Shown: positions 1 through 9,920, counted from the stretch's first letter. The stretch is 64,000 nt of DNA from Faecousia sp. (GCA_051867075.1 JBJDYG010000017.1:3747-67746); one strand, 5' to 3'. The notes: generated by a model not told the origin, from the sequence alone. Numbers and translations: made by a program.

Positions 1-100
1 GGAGCGCTATCTGACCGCTACATTCGGTGCAGAATATCTGGCGTATCGGCATCGGGTTTTCCGCTATCTGGGGCGACGCAAAGGAAAAAACGGAATTTGA
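1..100 (+). CDS. 3' end of isoprenylcysteine carboxyl methyltransferase (ICMT/PEMT)-like membrane protein, partial
   Basis: Frame from nt 2 reads ERYLTATFGAEYLAYRHRVFRYLGRRKGKNGI*, matching the typical E..L...FG.EY..Y...V.RY C-terminus. Confidence 0.65.
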   Translation, partial: ERYLTATFGAEYLAYRHRVFRYLGRRKGKNGI

Positions 101-306
101 GGAGGTACATATCAATGAGAAAGATGATTGCATAATAGCGTATTTCTTGATGGTAATTGGTGTTGGGATGCCAGTCCCTGTCAAGTGACCGATGAAACGA
201 AAGCGATGGTAGTACGCAATATTTGCTATTTGCAGAATAGTTTTATCCACTGTACTGCTTATGAAAATGTCATTTTTTATTCGTTAGGGAAAATAGAGGT
301 GGAAAC

Positions 307-816
307 ATGAATAAACGAACTCGGCAATATGTAGGACTGCTTTCAGCAGTATTGGCTTATTATTTTGTTCACGAAGGAGCGCATTTTGTATATGCACTGT
401 CTATCAATGTGTTTCAGCGGATCAACTTTTTGGGACTCGGTGTTCAGATTGCAATTTATTCGGAAGGAATGAGCAATCTCCAGCTGGGGATTTTTTGCCT
501 GGTCGGCCCTGCCGCAACAACCGTTACGGCCTATGTATTGACTTTGACAGCACCCCAAATCTGCAGGACCCGCTCCATGGTTTTCAGGGCATGTATGTAC
601 TATATCACCATTGCCATGCTGCTGATCGATCCGCTGTATTTAAGTGTTCTGTGCGGCCTTTTTGGCGGCGGCGATATGAATGGGATTGCGCTGTTGCTCC
701 CTGAGTGGATTGCAAGATTATGTTTTGGAGTATTGCTGGTAATCCATTGCCTGCTGCTCTGGATAGCAATTCTGCCGAAATACAGGAAGCCATTTGCGGA
801 AAGCAGTACACAGTAA
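307..816 (+). CDS. Small membrane protein with HExxH motif (M50-like metallopeptidase)
   Basis: HEGAH in the first TM segment, several TM helices, GAGG RBS; paralog at 62087-62596. Confidence 0.7.
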   Translation: MNKRTRQYVGLLSAVLAYYFVHEGAHFVYALSINVFQRINFLGLGVQIAIYSEGMSNLQLGIFCLVGPAATTVTAYVLTLTAPQICRTRSMVFRACMYYITIAMLLIDPLYLSVLCGLFGGGDMNGIALLLPEWIARLCFGVLLVIHCLLLWIAILPKYRKPFAESSTQ

Positions 817-847
817 TCATCGGGAACAGTTGTGAAAGGACAAAAAC

Positions 848-1987
848 ATGAATACACATTTTTACTTTCGAAACAAGGAAGCCTCGCCTTCTTCCGCGAG
901 GCATCGCAGAATCAGCGTTGTACTTCTCGTTCCGGCGGCGGCTCTGCTGACGGTATTGTTGACGGCGTGGGCCATGTTTGGCACCCAGCTTAAGGCGGCA
1001 ATGACCATTCAAAAGCAGGATGAAGGCCTTTGGTCCATGGAATACCGGGGTGATTACGGCTTTGATGCCTTTTTAGCCCAAGGCGGCGCGAGCAGTGATG
1101 CCCAGATGGGTGACTATCTGGCCGCTTACCTCTCCCACGGCTTTGGGAAGCCCGACACTTCCACTGCGGGCGGAAAGTATGGCTGCTCCACACTGGCGGT
1201 AAAAAGCCCTGATGGAGCCCCTCTGTTTGGACGAAATTTCGACTGGCAGGACTGCGATACCATGCTGATCCATACTGTTCCGAAAAACGGATATGCGTCG
1301 GTGTCTACCTGCTGCCTGGATTTTCTGGGCTTTGGCGAGAACTGGAAACCCGATGGAAACATTGGGGATCAATTCATGGCCTTAGCGGCAGTCTATGTCC
1401 CACTGGACGGTATGAATGAAAAAGGACTGTGCGTAGCCGATCTGATGGTGAGCCATGGGCAGGCCGTGGATCAGGATACCGAAAAGCCCGATTTGACAAC
1501 TACCTCCGCCATTCGGCTTCTGCTGGACAAGGCCGCCACAGTGGAGGAGGCACTGGAACTGTTATCGCAGTACGATATGCACTTCTCCATTGGTGCGGCT
1601 CAACACTTCTCTATTTCAGATGCTGCTGGCCGGAGCGTAGCCGTGGAGTGGTTGGACGGCAAGATGGTTGTCACTGATACGCCGGTGGTCACAAACTTCT
1701 ACCTTTATCAGGACGATGGCACCTCCGGCAGTGGGCAGTCCTATGTTCGGTTTAACACACTCACCACGCTGCGGAAGACAGCGGACGGCGTAATGACGCC
1801 TGACCAGGTGCGATCCGCCCTGGCGGCTGCGGCTCAGAGCAACTTCCCCGGCGAAAACGGCGGCGAGCTGACCTGCTGGAGCTGGGTGTATGACCAGCAG
1901 GAAAAGACAGCCCTGTTCTATGATACCGAGGATTGGGAGCATCCCTATACGCTGTCATTGCGCAGCGCAGAGTGGCTTCGCAAATAA
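848..1987 (+). CDS. Ntn-hydrolase (linear amide C-N hydrolase / choloylglycine hydrolase-like) with N-terminal membrane anchor
   Basis: GCSTL nucleophile motif, GRNFDW and DGMNEKGL motifs, TNF motif; hydrophobic N-terminal helix. Confidence 0.85.
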   Translation: MNTHFYFRNKEASPSSARHRRISVVLLVPAAALLTVLLTAWAMFGTQLKAAMTIQKQDEGLWSMEYRGDYGFDAFLAQGGASSDAQMGDYLAAYLSHGFGKPDTSTAGGKYGCSTLAVKSPDGAPLFGRNFDWQDCDTMLIHTVPKNGYASVSTCCLDFLGFGENWKPDGNIGDQFMALAAVYVPLDGMNEKGLCVADLMVSHGQAVDQDTEKPDLTTTSAIRLLLDKAATVEEALELLSQYDMHFSIGAAQHFSISDAAGRSVAVEWLDGKMVVTDTPVVTNFYLYQDDGTSGSGQSYVRFNTLTTLRKTADGVMTPDQVRSALAAAAQSNFPGENGGELTCWSWVYDQQEKTALFYDTEDWEHPYTLSLRSAEWLRK

Positions 1988-2012
1988 TACTGTTTTTTAG
2001 GAGTACATAACC

Positions 2013-2348
2013 ATGAGAGATTTGATTGCCTATTGCGGACTGGACTGTGAAAAATGCGATGCATATCTTGCAACAATCCATAATGACCAAGCATTGCGTG
2101 AGAAAACTGCAAAGTTATGGGCTGAGTTAAATCATGCTCCCATTCTGCCTGAACATATCAACTGTGAGGGCTGTCGTGTTAGTGGAAGGAAAACTGTATA
2201 CTGCGACCATCTTTGTCCCATTCGTCAGTGTGCACTGAAAAAAGGTGTGACGACGTGTGGGGATTGTCCCGATTTTGAAGAATGTCAAATGGTTGGACAG
2301 ATCATCACAAATAATCCTTCTGCAGGGGAGAATCTGAAAGTGAGATAA
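2013..2348 (+). CDS. DUF3795-like Cys-rich protein
   Basis: IAYCGLDCEKC...CEGCR...C..IRQCA..KGV..CGDC pattern; AGGAG RBS. Confidence 0.8.
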   Translation: MRDLIAYCGLDCEKCDAYLATIHNDQALREKTAKLWAELNHAPILPEHINCEGCRVSGRKTVYCDHLCPIRQCALKKGVTTCGDCPDFEECQMVGQIITNNPSAGENLKVR

Positions 2349-2362
2349 ACATCCAATGCCCC

Positions 2363-2584
2363 ATGTGGTTGCTGGTGGGTGAGCACGATAAAACAGACAA
2401 AGTCATGGCGTACAACAAAATGTTCCACAAAAGGGAAGGCTTTCCTCTTTATATCATTGAAGGAGCAGCTCACAACGCAAACGACGATCAGCCCCTGCGG
2501 ATCAATGAGCTGTTGCAGGCGTTTCTTCAAACACTGTATAACGTAAAGCAGCTTGCGCAGATAGATAAATGCCACTTTTTTTAA
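2363..2584 (+). pseudogene. C-terminal fragment of an alpha/beta hydrolase
   Basis: LLVGEHD and IEGAAHNANDDQP (catalytic Asp and His region) only; no N-terminal half and no RBS. Confidence 0.65.
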
Positions 2585-2679
2585 CAAAAGCCATACGGAA
2601 ATGTTCGCTCTTGTTGGTAGAATTACTTTTGTATTCGTGCTACCATAATGTTGAAAATCATGGCAAAGGTGGTACTTTT

Positions 2680-3747
2680 ATGAGAAAAACCTACATTGAC
2701 AACATCCGATGGATGACTGTCGTCGCCGTAGTCATTTACCATGTGCTGTATATGTTCAATGGCGTGGTAACCAGCGGCGTGATCGGGCCCTTCGCACCGG
2801 TTCAGTATCAGGACGCCTTCCTGTATTTCCTATATCCCTGGTTCATGCTGCTTTTGTTTGTGATCTCCGGCATGAGCGCAAGGTATTATCTGAATCGGCA
2901 TTCCGAGAAAGAATTTCGGAAAAGCAGAACCACCAAGCTGCTGGTTCCCTCCACCATAGGCCTGTTTGTATTTTGGTGGATTGCAGGCTATTTCAACATG
3001 GCCATCGGCGGTGCGTTTGAAAATATGTCCGCCGTACCGGGGCCTGTTCTGTATGTCATCATGGCGTTCAGCGGCATCGGTCCCATGTGGTACATCCAGC
3101 TGCTCTGGGTATTTTCTCTGTTCCTGCTTTTCCTCCGCAAAATCGAGAAAGACAGGCTCTACGGTCTGTGTGAAAAGGCGAATCTTCCTGTTTTACTCTG
3201 TCTGACCCCTGTGATTTGGGGTGCCGCCCAGATCTTAAACACGCCGGTGATTGTCGTGTACCGTTTCGGCATCTACGGCACGGGCTTCCTTCTGGGGTAT
3301 TTTATCTTTTCCCACGATGCCGTGATGGAAAGGCTGGAAAAATGGTGGCTCCCCCTTTCCCTGGCGGCGCTGGGGTTGGGTGTTGGCTTTGTGACCGTCT
3401 TTTGGGGCGAACCCTATGCGGAGCATCAGGTGCTGGACACCTTCCTGTGCAATGTCTACGCCTGGATTGCCACGCTGGCGGTTCTCTCGGTTATGAAAAA
3501 GTGGGGAAATTTTGAAAATGCGCTCTCCCGTTTTATGAGCCGGAAAGCCTGGGGACTCTATCTATTCCACTATCTTCCGCTGGCGGCCTGCGCCTGGTAT
3601 TTACATAAGTATCCTGACCTGCCGGCGTTTGCTATGTATTTGTGCGTAGGAGCAGCGGCCTTTATTGGTGCTTATCTGCTGTATGAAATCATAAGCCGCA
3701 TTCCTGTCCTGCGGTGGTGCGTATGCGGCATTGGGAGGAAGAAATAA
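2680..3747 (+). CDS. Acyltransferase family 3 membrane protein
   Basis: YIDNIRW, YH, MLLLFVISG, WYI and YLFH motifs; about 10 TM segments. ATG 2680 is preferred over the ORF-track start. Confidence 0.85.
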   Translation: MRKTYIDNIRWMTVVAVVIYHVLYMFNGVVTSGVIGPFAPVQYQDAFLYFLYPWFMLLLFVISGMSARYYLNRHSEKEFRKSRTTKLLVPSTIGLFVFWWIAGYFNMAIGGAFENMSAVPGPVLYVIMAFSGIGPMWYIQLLWVFSLFLLFLRKIEKDRLYGLCEKANLPVLLCLTPVIWGAAQILNTPVIVVYRFGIYGTGFLLGYFIFSHDAVMERLEKWWLPLSLAALGLGVGFVTVFWGEPYAEHQVLDTFLCNVYAWIATLAVLSVMKKWGNFENALSRFMSRKAWGLYLFHYLPLAACAWYLHKYPDLPAFAMYLCVGAAAFIGAYLLYEIISRIPVLRWCVCGIGRKK

Positions 3748-4214
3748 TGTTTGCGGATAATCTGATTGAGATGCGGAAGCTCCACAATTGGTCCCAGGAA
3801 GAACTGGCAGAAAAAATTGGAGTCTCCAGACAAACCCTGTCAAAGTATGAAACAGGCGAATCCCTGCCGGATATCGAAAAATGCAGGATGCTTGCGGATC
3901 TGTTTGGGGTAACGACAGATGATTTGATCCGTTATGAAAAGTCTGAAAACTTTGGCTTAGGGGTACCGCCAAAGGGCAAGCACATTTTTGGAATCGTCAA
4001 GGTTGGCGAAAAGGGACAAATCATCATCCCTGCCAAGGCAAGAAAGATTTTTGATATCAGTCCTGGAGATAATTTGATCGTTTTGGGGGATGATGGGCAA
4101 GGGATTGCAATCATAAAAGAGGACGCTTTGTTGGAACTGTTCCATTCAGTCAGAAGTAACAAGGAGAAAAAGGCTCCTTTGCCCAACGACATTTCACCAC
4201 GACGGGTACGTTAA
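3747..4214 (+). CDS. XRE HTH regulator with C-terminal AbrB/SpoVT-like domain
   Basis: N-terminal cro/C1 HTH (SQEELAEKIGVSRQTLSKYE); C-terminal VKVGEKGQIIIPAKARK; TAATG overlap with the upstream stop. Confidence 0.85.
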   Translation: MFADNLIEMRKLHNWSQEELAEKIGVSRQTLSKYETGESLPDIEKCRMLADLFGVTTDDLIRYEKSENFGLGVPPKGKHIFGIVKVGEKGQIIIPAKARKIFDISPGDNLIVLGDDGQGIAIIKEDALLELFHSVRSNKEKKAPLPNDISPRRVR

Positions 4215-4231
4215 AAAACAAGAAAAACCAC

Positions 4232-4263
4232 TTGACTCTCCCCTATAGGGGAGATGATACAAT
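4232..4263 (+). promoter_or_regulatory. MerR-type promoter with dyad operator
   Basis: TTGACT (4232) - 20 bp - TACAAT (4258), with a perfect palindrome TCTCCCCTATAGGGGAGA (4237-4254) in the spacer. Confidence 0.85.
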
Positions 4264-4295
4264 CCTCCTTGTAAAGAAAAACAAGGAGGATTTTT

Positions 4296-5024
4296 GTGAT
4301 GAACAAACCATCTGTCAGCGTAAGAAACCTGACAAAAACGTTTTCGGGCCGCACAGTCGTGGACGGACTATCCTTCGATGTGCAAAAGGGCGAGGTCTTT
4401 GCTCTGCTGGGGCACAACGGAGCGGGAAAAAGCACCACAATCGATCTGATTCTGGGCCTGAAGGAACCCGACGGGGGCAGTGCGAAGATTCTGGGAATGG
4501 ACGCCGCCAAACACAGAAAACAGGTGTTTGAGCGGGTTGGCGTGCAGCTTCAGAATACCCAGTATCAGCCCAATATCACCGTGGAAGAGGCGTGTATTGA
4601 GTACGCTTCTCTGTATGCAGCCCCGGCAGACTATCCGCGGCTGCTGGAGCAATTCGGACTAGGCACCCTGAGAAAGAGCTTTGTGTCCAAGCTTTCCGGC
4701 GGGGAACGGCAAAAGCTCTCTGTTGTTCTGGCACTGATCGGCAACCCGGAGATGGTCTTTCTGGACGAGCTGACTACCGGACTGGATGTGGTGGCAAGGC
4801 GTGAGGTATGGCGAACCCTGAAGGGACTGAAGGAACAGGGACTTACCATCTTCCTGACCACCCATTATATGGAAGAGGCGGAAGCCCTTTGTGACCGTGT
4901 GTGTATCATCAAGTCGGGAAAAAAGGTTGTGGAAGGTACTATCGAGGAAGTTATCGCGGCTTCCGGTCAAAGGAATCTGGAGGAAGCTTATCTGTTCTTT
5001 ATGGGTGAGGAGGAATTGTTATGA
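4296..5024 (+). CDS. ABC transporter ATP-binding protein
   Basis: Walker A GHNGAGKS, signature LSGGE, Walker B VFLDE, H-loop. Confidence 0.95.
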   Translation: MMNKPSVSVRNLTKTFSGRTVVDGLSFDVQKGEVFALLGHNGAGKSTTIDLILGLKEPDGGSAKILGMDAAKHRKQVFERVGVQLQNTQYQPNITVEEACIEYASLYAAPADYPRLLEQFGLGTLRKSFVSKLSGGERQKLSVVLALIGNPEMVFLDELTTGLDVVARREVWRTLKGLKEQGLTIFLTTHYMEEAEALCDRVCIIKSGKKVVEGTIEEVIAASGQRNLEEAYLFFMGEEELL

Positions 5025-5758
5025 GGCGTTTTTGGAAAATGTATCAGGTGGAACAGAAAATCTTTTTTCGCTCACCGGATGTGATCCTGTTTTGTCTGGC
5101 TATGCCGCTGGTAGTATTCTTTGTGATCACGATGATCACCGGAGAGAAAAATGCCGCAGATTCGGGTCTTACCTATCTGCAAAGCTCCTATGTAGCCCTG
5201 TCCACCGTGGGGATCTGCTGCAGCGCGTTTATGAGCATCCCCATTACCGTCGTGGAACTGCGGTCGCAGGGAATCTTGCGGCGGATGTACTGCAGTCCCT
5301 GTTCCCCCGCGAGACTCTTAGCCTGCGATACTATTTGCAGTGGTGTGGTTGCGGCGCTTTCCACCCTGATTCTGACCGTTGCGGCGGTGTTCTTCTTCGG
5401 CTACCGGATGCCGGGAAACGTGTTTGCCTATCTCGCTGTTTGGCTGCTGACCATGGTCTCCATGTTCTCCATCGGTCTCATGGTTGCCAGCCTGTGCAGA
5501 ACCACAAAATCCATGAATGTGGCCACAAGCCTGCTCTATTTCCCCATGCTGCTGTTCTCCGGGGCCACTATCCCCGCGGAGGTATTCCCGGGTGCCTTCC
5601 GGACCGTTGCCGGGTGGATGCCCCTGGGCGTGGGAATCAGACTGTTGAAATCCGTGTCCATGGGACGCTATGATAATATCATGATGCCGGTGGCTGCCCT
5701 GATCGCCATTACGGTCATTTGCGGCGCAGTCGCCGTCAAAACATTCAGATGGGAGTAA
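5021..5758 (+). CDS. ABC-2 type exporter permease
   Basis: Six TM segments, ATGA overlap with the ATPase, FSGATIP motif. Confidence 0.9.
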   Translation: MRRFWKMYQVEQKIFFRSPDVILFCLAMPLVVFFVITMITGEKNAADSGLTYLQSSYVALSTVGICCSAFMSIPITVVELRSQGILRRMYCSPCSPARLLACDTICSGVVAALSTLILTVAAVFFFGYRMPGNVFAYLAVWLLTMVSMFSIGLMVASLCRTTKSMNVATSLLYFPMLLFSGATIPAEVFPGAFRTVAGWMPLGVGIRLLKSVSMGRYDNIMMPVAALIAITVICGAVAVKTFRWE

Positions 5759-5762
5759 CGCT

Positions 5763-6614
5763 ATGGAGATGAAACAGGAACACAGACCCTGCAAAGAAAA
5801 GACAGGCGACACACTCTATAAGATCGGCATGTTCGCGGCCATGAATCATGTTACCGTCAAGACCCTGCGCTTTTACGAGGAACAGGGCCTGCTGATGCCG
5901 GCGCTGATCCATCCGGAGACCGGATACCGCTACTACACCCTCTCCCAGATGGCGGTGCTCCACCAGATCACCGCCCTGAAGCTGGCGGGATTCACCCTGG
6001 AGGAGATTGCCCATATCCATTCCGGGGCCGATGAAGAAGCGGTACTTTTGAAGAAAAAGTCAGAATTGGTTGCAAAAATCTCTGATCTCACGAGACAGAT
6101 CGCCGTGGTGGACGGATACCTGTCCAAAAAGAAAACCGGACTTTCCGCACCCGTCCTGATCAAAACCATCCCCGAAACCACCGTGGCCTATATGCGGATC
6201 CGGCTGGAATCCTACGACTGCCTGTTTGACCGGATGCCGGAAATGGGCGCGCTGATGGAGAAAGCGGGCTGTATCTGTGCCCTTCCGGAATACTGCTTTA
6301 CAAACTATCTGGAGCCGGGATACAAAGACGGGGACATTCCGGTTGAGATCTGTGAGTCCGTTGTGGAGGCGAAGAAAGAAGTCGGCGAGCTGCGCTTCAA
6401 AACCCTTCCCGAAATCCAGGCGGCCTGTGTTTTCCACAAGGGCTCCTATCGTACCTTTTCGGAATCCTATGAAACCGTGCTGCGTTATATCGAGGAAAAC
6501 GGGTACGAGATTGCCGGGCAGATCCGGGAGAGCTATATTGATGGAGTCTGGAATAAGGAGGATGAGAGCCAGTGGCTGTCAGAAATCCAGGTGCCGGTGA
6601 GAAGAAAGGCGTAA
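5763..6614 (+). CDS. MerR family regulator with GyrI-like effector domain
   Basis: YKIGMFAAMNHVTVKTLRFYEEQGLL...GYRYY; C-terminal GyrI-like region ending EIQVPV. Confidence 0.9.
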   Translation: MEMKQEHRPCKEKTGDTLYKIGMFAAMNHVTVKTLRFYEEQGLLMPALIHPETGYRYYTLSQMAVLHQITALKLAGFTLEEIAHIHSGADEEAVLLKKKSELVAKISDLTRQIAVVDGYLSKKKTGLSAPVLIKTIPETTVAYMRIRLESYDCLFDRMPEMGALMEKAGCICALPEYCFTNYLEPGYKDGDIPVEICESVVEAKKEVGELRFKTLPEIQAACVFHKGSYRTFSESYETVLRYIEENGYEIAGQIRESYIDGVWNKEDESQWLSEIQVPVRRKA

Positions 6615-6868
6615 TAATCCGTGTACCTTAAACGGTTGCAACCGTTTTAACGAGAAATCCGAATAACCCATCTTAACAACTGCCGCATGATGGAAAAGCC
6701 GTTATGCGGCAGACACTATCCACGCAATAGAAACTTTATGAAATCTTTGTAAAACCCATTGGCTACCAAACGATAGTTTGCCATACTATGCGTGCAATAA
6801 ACGCATATGTCATTTCGAAAATTGGGAGAAAGACGCAGCTATCGCATTACTTGAAGGAGATGTTTATT

Positions 6869-7858
6869 ATGAAAAGACTAATCACCCTGCTTCTAGCTAT
6901 GATCCTGTGCCTAAGCTTGGAAGCGTGCGACGTAAAGGCTGAACTCGTACCAAACTCTCAGGAAATCCATATCCAGGTAACCCCACAGGAAAAAACTGAG
7001 GAAGCCCAAACGGAAAGCAGCAATACCATTGCTCCAGAAGAAGCTACCGAAACTATGGAAGAAACTACCGAAATGATGAAAGAAACCACCGAAACAATTA
7101 ACAAAAACACAGAAACTACAGAAATAGCTACTGGAACGACGAAAAAGGCTACAGAAGCGACGAAAAAAGCTACAGAAACGGCGAAAAAAGCCACAGAAAC
7201 GGCGAAAAAAGCTACAGAAACGACGGAAAAAGCCACAGAAACGACGAAAAAAGCTACAGAAACGACGGAAAAAGCCACAGATACAATGGAAGAACCCATT
7301 CAGTTGAATTATGATCTCATCGGGCCGTGGCATTTGAATCCAAGTAAGAATGACCTTGCAGCCTTTGCAGATTCCCTCGGTCTGTTCCCCGGTTATGGAG
7401 AGTGGGGAGCCAGTATGGAAATTAGCGGCAACGGTGAAATGAGCTGGTACATCGGCGCAGAGAGCTGGCATGGCACATACTCTGTAGAGAAGAATACCCT
7501 CCATGCTCATCTGACCTCTGATTTGGAGCAGACCTCAAAGGTCTGGGACTTCCGTATCACCTCAGAAAATGGAACATATGGGCTAGAAATGGCTTATAAG
7601 AATATGACAATCTACTGGGTGTATGGCGATCAGGCGGAAGCCGCAACTGGAAATACCGTCCCTTCCAACTGGGAAAAAGCCACAGAGGACGAACCGTGGA
7701 AAGTGGCGCTAGCGGAAGACTTGTTCGCAAAATACGGTGTGATTCCGAAATACTATGAGGATCTGGGTGATGGGATTTATCAGGTCTATGTGGAAATAGG
7801 CGGTGAAATCGTCCCCTTCGTTGCAGTTAACTCTGCAACAGGCGATTATCACGGATAA
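6869..7858 (+). CDS. Secreted protein or lipoprotein with Thr/Glu/Lys repeat stalk
   Basis: Signal peptide MKRLITLLLAMILCLSLEAC, low-complexity TE/K stalk, C-terminal domains shared with 15762-16520. Confidence 0.8.
   Translation: MKRLITLLLAMILCLSLEACDVKAELVPNSQEIHIQVTPQEKTEEAQTESSNTIAPEEATETMEETTEMMKETTETINKNTETTEIATGTTKKATEATKKATETAKKATETAKKATETTEKATETTKKATETTEKATDTMEEPIQLNYDLIGPWHLNPSKNDLAAFADSLGLFPGYGEWGASMEISGNGEMSWYIGAESWHGTYSVEKNTLHAHLTSDLEQTSKVWDFRITSENGTYGLEMAYKNMTIYWVYGDQAEAATGNTVPSNWEKATEDEPWKVALAEDLFAKYGVIPKYYEDLGDGIYQVYVEIGGEIVPFVAVNSATGDYHG
7141..7287 (+). repeat. 7 x 21-bp coding tandem repeat (KKATETA/T)
   Basis: Units such as gaaaaaagctacagaaacgac; units 4-7 form a 42-bp higher-order repeat. 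Confidence 0.95.
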
Positions 7859-7957
7859 CGATAACTCCCCTCCCCTGCCCCACCACATATTGGCGTTGTT
7901 AATCCTGATAGGATAAGAAATATAGCATTTGTTTTTGTTGAATTTTAGAGGTGGAAT

Positions 7958-8836
7958 ATGGCAAAGAAACAAGCTATACCGAGAGTAATCTTAATCGTAG
8001 GAGCAAATCGCGGAATCGGTTATTATCTAGTAAAACGTCTGCTCGAACTTGGCGATTTTGTTTCGGTTTTAGATATTAATACGGATAATCTGAAGGAATT
8101 GAGAGAAGCGTATCCCGATAACTTAGTTGCAATTACAGCAGACGCGGCGAAAGACGAAGATATTAAAAACGGAGTAACCGAAACAATCAAGCAGTTCGGG
8201 GAAATTGATATCGCTGTACATAACGCCTGCCTTTGTACTTTTGAAAGCGAGCCAGAGAGCAATTACGAGCTTTACAGCAAAGTAATGGATATCAACTTCT
8301 TTGGGGCGTTACGCCTATCAAAAGCGGTTTTGCCGGAAATGCGCAAACAAGGTTTTGGCAGCATCATTTTTACCAGTTCGGGTGTAGGCGTTACTGGATT
8401 TGGCAACATTTCTCCTTACGCCTCGTCAAAGGGTGCAATAGAATCCCTGGCGAAATGCCTTGAAATCGAAAATCAGAGATATGGCATTTCCTTTCATTTA
8501 TTCCATCCCCCGCTTACGAATACGGCTTCATCATCGGAACTTCCCATTCCAAAAGAAATGATGGCAAGTCCCCAAAAAGTTGGAAAAGGGCTTGCCGAGC
8601 ATATCGGCTCCCCCAAATTCGTGATCTGTCATTCCTTTAGCCAAGCTATTCAAATGAACCTCTGCTATCGTCACCCTCTGTTTATGGGTAAGATGATGTG
8701 GAAAATGACAACACGAACAGTTCCAGAATCCGGAGCTGGCGAAGCTGCAAACGAAACAGAATTATTCCGATGTGCTGCAGTATTTCACCGGACTGATAAA
8801 GTGCCCGATTCGCAAAGGTGTTCTGACAGTGGATGA
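7958..8836 (+). CDS. SDR family NAD(P)-dependent oxidoreductase
   Basis: VGANRGIG, HNA, SSG and YASSK catalytic motifs; the last ~35 residues look foreign. Confidence 0.9.
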   Translation: MAKKQAIPRVILIVGANRGIGYYLVKRLLELGDFVSVLDINTDNLKELREAYPDNLVAITADAAKDEDIKNGVTETIKQFGEIDIAVHNACLCTFESEPESNYELYSKVMDINFFGALRLSKAVLPEMRKQGFGSIIFTSSGVGVTGFGNISPYASSKGAIESLAKCLEIENQRYGISFHLFHPPLTNTASSSELPIPKEMMASPQKVGKGLAEHIGSPKFVICHSFSQAIQMNLCYRHPLFMGKMMWKMTTRTVPESGAGEAANETELFRCAAVFHRTDKVPDSQRCSDSG

Positions 8837-8975
8837 CCCCGAAATCATGTCTGCGTAGCTCTGCCAGCCTATTTCCGTGTGGATTAACCTCTGCGACCGG
8901 GAGCCGGAACGGGAGCCGAAGGTCATGGAGCTGGTAGATAAACATATCAGGCAGTTTTGCAGAGTCTATCAGAAC
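8724..8975 (+). pseudogene. C-terminal remnant of a TetR/AcrR regulator with an in-frame TAG
   Basis: Alternate frame reads QNPELAKLQTKQNYSDVLQYFTGLIK...DDPEIMSA*LCQPISVWINLCDREPERE..VMELVDKHIRQF; TAG at 8856. Family recognised from memory. Confidence 0.55.
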
Positions 8976-9270
8976 AGCTCTGCAAAGTTATGTTGCGTAT
9001 CAAGAGGCAAATCATCGTTATCATAATTGGCAGGCGCTTTATACTGATTGCTATGGGATTCCAGAGAGCGGACTCGACAAAGCGGGACGACTTTGGAGGC
9101 CTGAACAGCAAAAGATAAAACGATTCCGGATATGTTTTCTGGCCTTGTTGAGGTGCTTGGTGAACTAAAAGGAATCCCGATGGGGATAATCGGCTATGAA
9201 CAACCAATGGAAATGTTTTTTATAAAAGACATTAAAACAACTAAGAAGTTTATGAATAGAGGAAAAGAAA

Positions 9271-9723
9271 ATGAATACTTTTGACTATATCACATTGAGA
9301 GAAAGAGCAGATTTAAAATATAGTGCAGCAGAATGGTTCCATTGTAAATGGGGCGTTCCAACGGAAGCCTATCTGGAATGTATGGAGGCTTATCTGAAAA
9401 AAGAAACGGAGTACGGTTGGTATCTCTGCATGATCGGTGACAAAATTGTTGGCGGTATGGGCGTAATCGAAAATGATTTCCATGACAGGAAAGACCTTAC
9501 CCCAAATGTCTGCGCAGTCTATACAGAAAAAGACTACCGCTGCAAAGGAATCGCAGGTCATCTGCTGAATATGGTCGTAGATGATATGAAATCCAAAGGC
9601 ATTACTCCTATTTATTTGGTCACAGATCATACCGACTTCTATGAACGATATGGCTGGGAGTTTTTGTGCATGGTACAGGGCGATGGCGAACCCAATATGA
9701 CCAGAATGTATATCCACCGATAA
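9271..9723 (+). CDS. GNAT family N-acetyltransferase
   Basis: AVYTEKDYRCKGIAGHLL acetyl-CoA motif A; FYERYGW. Confidence 0.9.
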   Translation: MNTFDYITLRERADLKYSAAEWFHCKWGVPTEAYLECMEAYLKKETEYGWYLCMIGDKIVGGMGVIENDFHDRKDLTPNVCAVYTEKDYRCKGIAGHLLNMVVDDMKSKGITPIYLVTDHTDFYERYGWEFLCMVQGDGEPNMTRMYIHR

Positions 9724-9760
9724 CTTCCAGTTTGTGGAGATAACGGCAAAATTGATTCTA

Positions 9761-9920
9761 GGGCGTATCTGAAAACTGTTAATATGACCAACAGTGAGGG
9801 ATTTTTCACTGTGCAAGCCGTTTTTTCGCAGGAATACTGGGCGTATTGCAAGGGAAAACGGTGCTGCACAGGGAAAAAAGAGCCGCTGTATGGGCGTTTT
9901 GACAGTTTTCAGATACGCCC
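9761..9920. mobile_element. 160-bp MITE-like element with terminal inverted repeats and TA flanks
   Basis: tagggcgtatctgaaaactgttaa (9759-9782) and ttgacagttttcagatacgcccta (9899-9922) are a 23/24 inverted match; no transposase inside. Confidence 0.75.

Noticed and set aside
128-310. 60-aa ORF
   Set aside because: No RBS or recognisable motif; it lies between a gene stub and the next real gene.
5748-5758. ATGGGAGTAA resembling the guaA att core
   Set aside because: Coincidental W-E-stop codons at the end of an ABC permease, on the wrong side of guaA.
7141-7287. 21-bp repeats as a CRISPR array
   Set aside because: Contiguous in-frame coding repeats without spacers; no cas genes.
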